Shown here piece by piece: positions 62,476 to 64,000 of a stretch of DNA of 64,000 nt. Source of the stretch: Dendrobates tinctorius (Eukaryota); the NCBI RefSeq assembly GCF_039654945.1, contig NW_027361685.1, positions 4,650,001 through 4,714,000 of the forward strand. The letters are read 5' to 3'. Positions within the stretch are counted from its first letter, which is position 1, and each line of letters begins with the position of its first letter. A program made the position numbers and the translations under genes. Below the pieces are notes generated by a model. The model did not search any database. It saw only the letters and a program-made list of their open reading frames with translations, and had not been told where the DNA came from.

Positions 62476-64000
62476 TGAGGGCCATTGTAAAACCTTCAGA
62501 GGCGTCCGACCGCTGTCTCCTATACCCAGGACTGCCATATTTGAGGACAGAAAGTGGTAAACTGGCAGCGCCCAGTGGCTGCACTAAAACAGTAAAAAAA
62601 ATAAATGAACATAACAGAGTCAAGCTTAGGTGAAAACATCTTTTTACATATTTTCATTTTTACAATAAATTATCAAAAATCACGGCACCTTCCATTTAAT
62701 CTCATCTCTGCCTTGACAGTGACACTCTCTTAGGATACATTTTACTCTATGATGGCACTTTTGCACATAGCCACTAGATGGCGCTACATTTGACATTTGC
62801 CTGAATTTTTATATCTACACATGATTTACACAAATTATATTTTCTTGTGGTAACTCTATACTATTTACCATTAGAAGCTGTGTATTCTTGTAATTATCTG
62901 TATGTATACATGATTGATTACCACTCCTGTCTCTGTAAAAACAATCCCCTTTAAACCCTTTCTGACATCAGGTGTAAATGTATGCCGATGTCAGACTCTC
63001 TCCCTTTGATGTGAGCTCCAACGCTGAGCCCACTTCTTTTCTGGCGGATGTCCGCAAGTGTGCCGTAAATCCCGCCCATCAGTGACCCTGTCACATGATT
63101 ATGGGTCATTGATGGGCCACTAGCCCACTAGCCGAAAATGCATGGACCAGGGATTGCACCACTGAACTCCCGCTCTCCTTTTTACATGGGCAAAATGCTA
63201 CTCAGACAACACAGGGTGAGGGTAAAACAGTGTGGGCAATGCTTTATTGTACCACAAAACAGGCAGATAACACATAGAACAGTCCCAGCACAGTACCCAA
63301 GATGGGGCACATCAGAGTCTCTTTTCTACTGACTCACCAGGATAATAGCTGCTGTGACTACAGATCTTCCAGTGTCACTACCTCACCGATGGCACGCACA
63401 CAGAGAGGAGGTAACAACAAGTGTAGGAAGATGACAGTCCATACAAGGCCAGTTGATCTGAGGATGACAACCTGGCTTCTCCAAACATATCCATGGTTCA
63501 GTGATGGTCAATGGAGCAGATCTGTATTCTTCCAACCGAGGCTGAAAACCCCTAGGTTGTTTCCTATAGAATGATAGATCCGTGTCCCTTGTGATGATGT
63601 TGTGGCTGCTGTCCTGTCTCTTGTCCTTTTGGGATGTATGGATGTCTTGGCAGAATCTCTCTGGCTGTTTCTCTCTCTCAGTCTCTTTATACAGAGGCAT
63701 TTAACCTATTTTTAGACTTAGCAAGTGTCTCTCATTCAGTACTTACATAAAGGGTAAGAATGGAGATGAAATCAAGTAGTTTTACTTGATTATTTAACCT
63801 GTTTGCATAGTTTTTCCCTCTCTGCTTTAGAAATCAACAAACTGGCTCCATAGCACAATGCATAATTAGCATATCAGTAAACATCACCAGTGATCAAGGA
63901 TAAGTGCGCAATAAAAGTCAATATTACCGGCTTACACAAATAAAAGTCTGTTTCCTTGACCAACCAGAAATCAACACTTAAAATTTGAAAGCCAACATAC

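Noticed and set aside
62950-64000. Possible piggyBac end and LTR/ERV-like sequence at the window end
   Set aside because: No paired termini, TSD or coding motif could be established within the window.

Overview
Eukaryotic vertebrate DNA, most likely from an anuran (frog) genome. This is inferred from FAX/KRAB-type C2H2 zinc-finger genes with spliceosomal introns and an amphibian-type transposon spectrum. The first 27 kb hold two tandem, apparently intact six-exon zinc-finger paralogues on the + strand (about 502 aa with 8 fingers; about 670 aa with 13 fingers), each preceded by the same 30-bp minisatellite and GC-rich block. The rest of the window, and the introns, are nested transposable elements: four Tc1/mariner copies, piggyBac, Harbinger and Kolobok/T2 MITEs, hAT-like elements, a Sola2 transposase relic, two Gypsy chromoviruses plus a solo LTR, a Copia fragment, and CR1, L2 and L1 LINEs. 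There are also five tandem arrays (17, 30, 36, 48 and 66/199 bp). The most notable observations are: short TSD-flanked insertions with minimal hammerhead-ribozyme cores; a hierarchical hairpin-repeat array next to a hAT-like end; a 20-bp motif shared between the ZNF upstream region and a MITE repeat; apparently chimeric ZNF paralogues with a shared stop that leaves relic fingers in the 3' UTR; and a Gypsy family with 6-bp TSDs found inside minisatellites. All coordinates were read by eye and no database searches were run.
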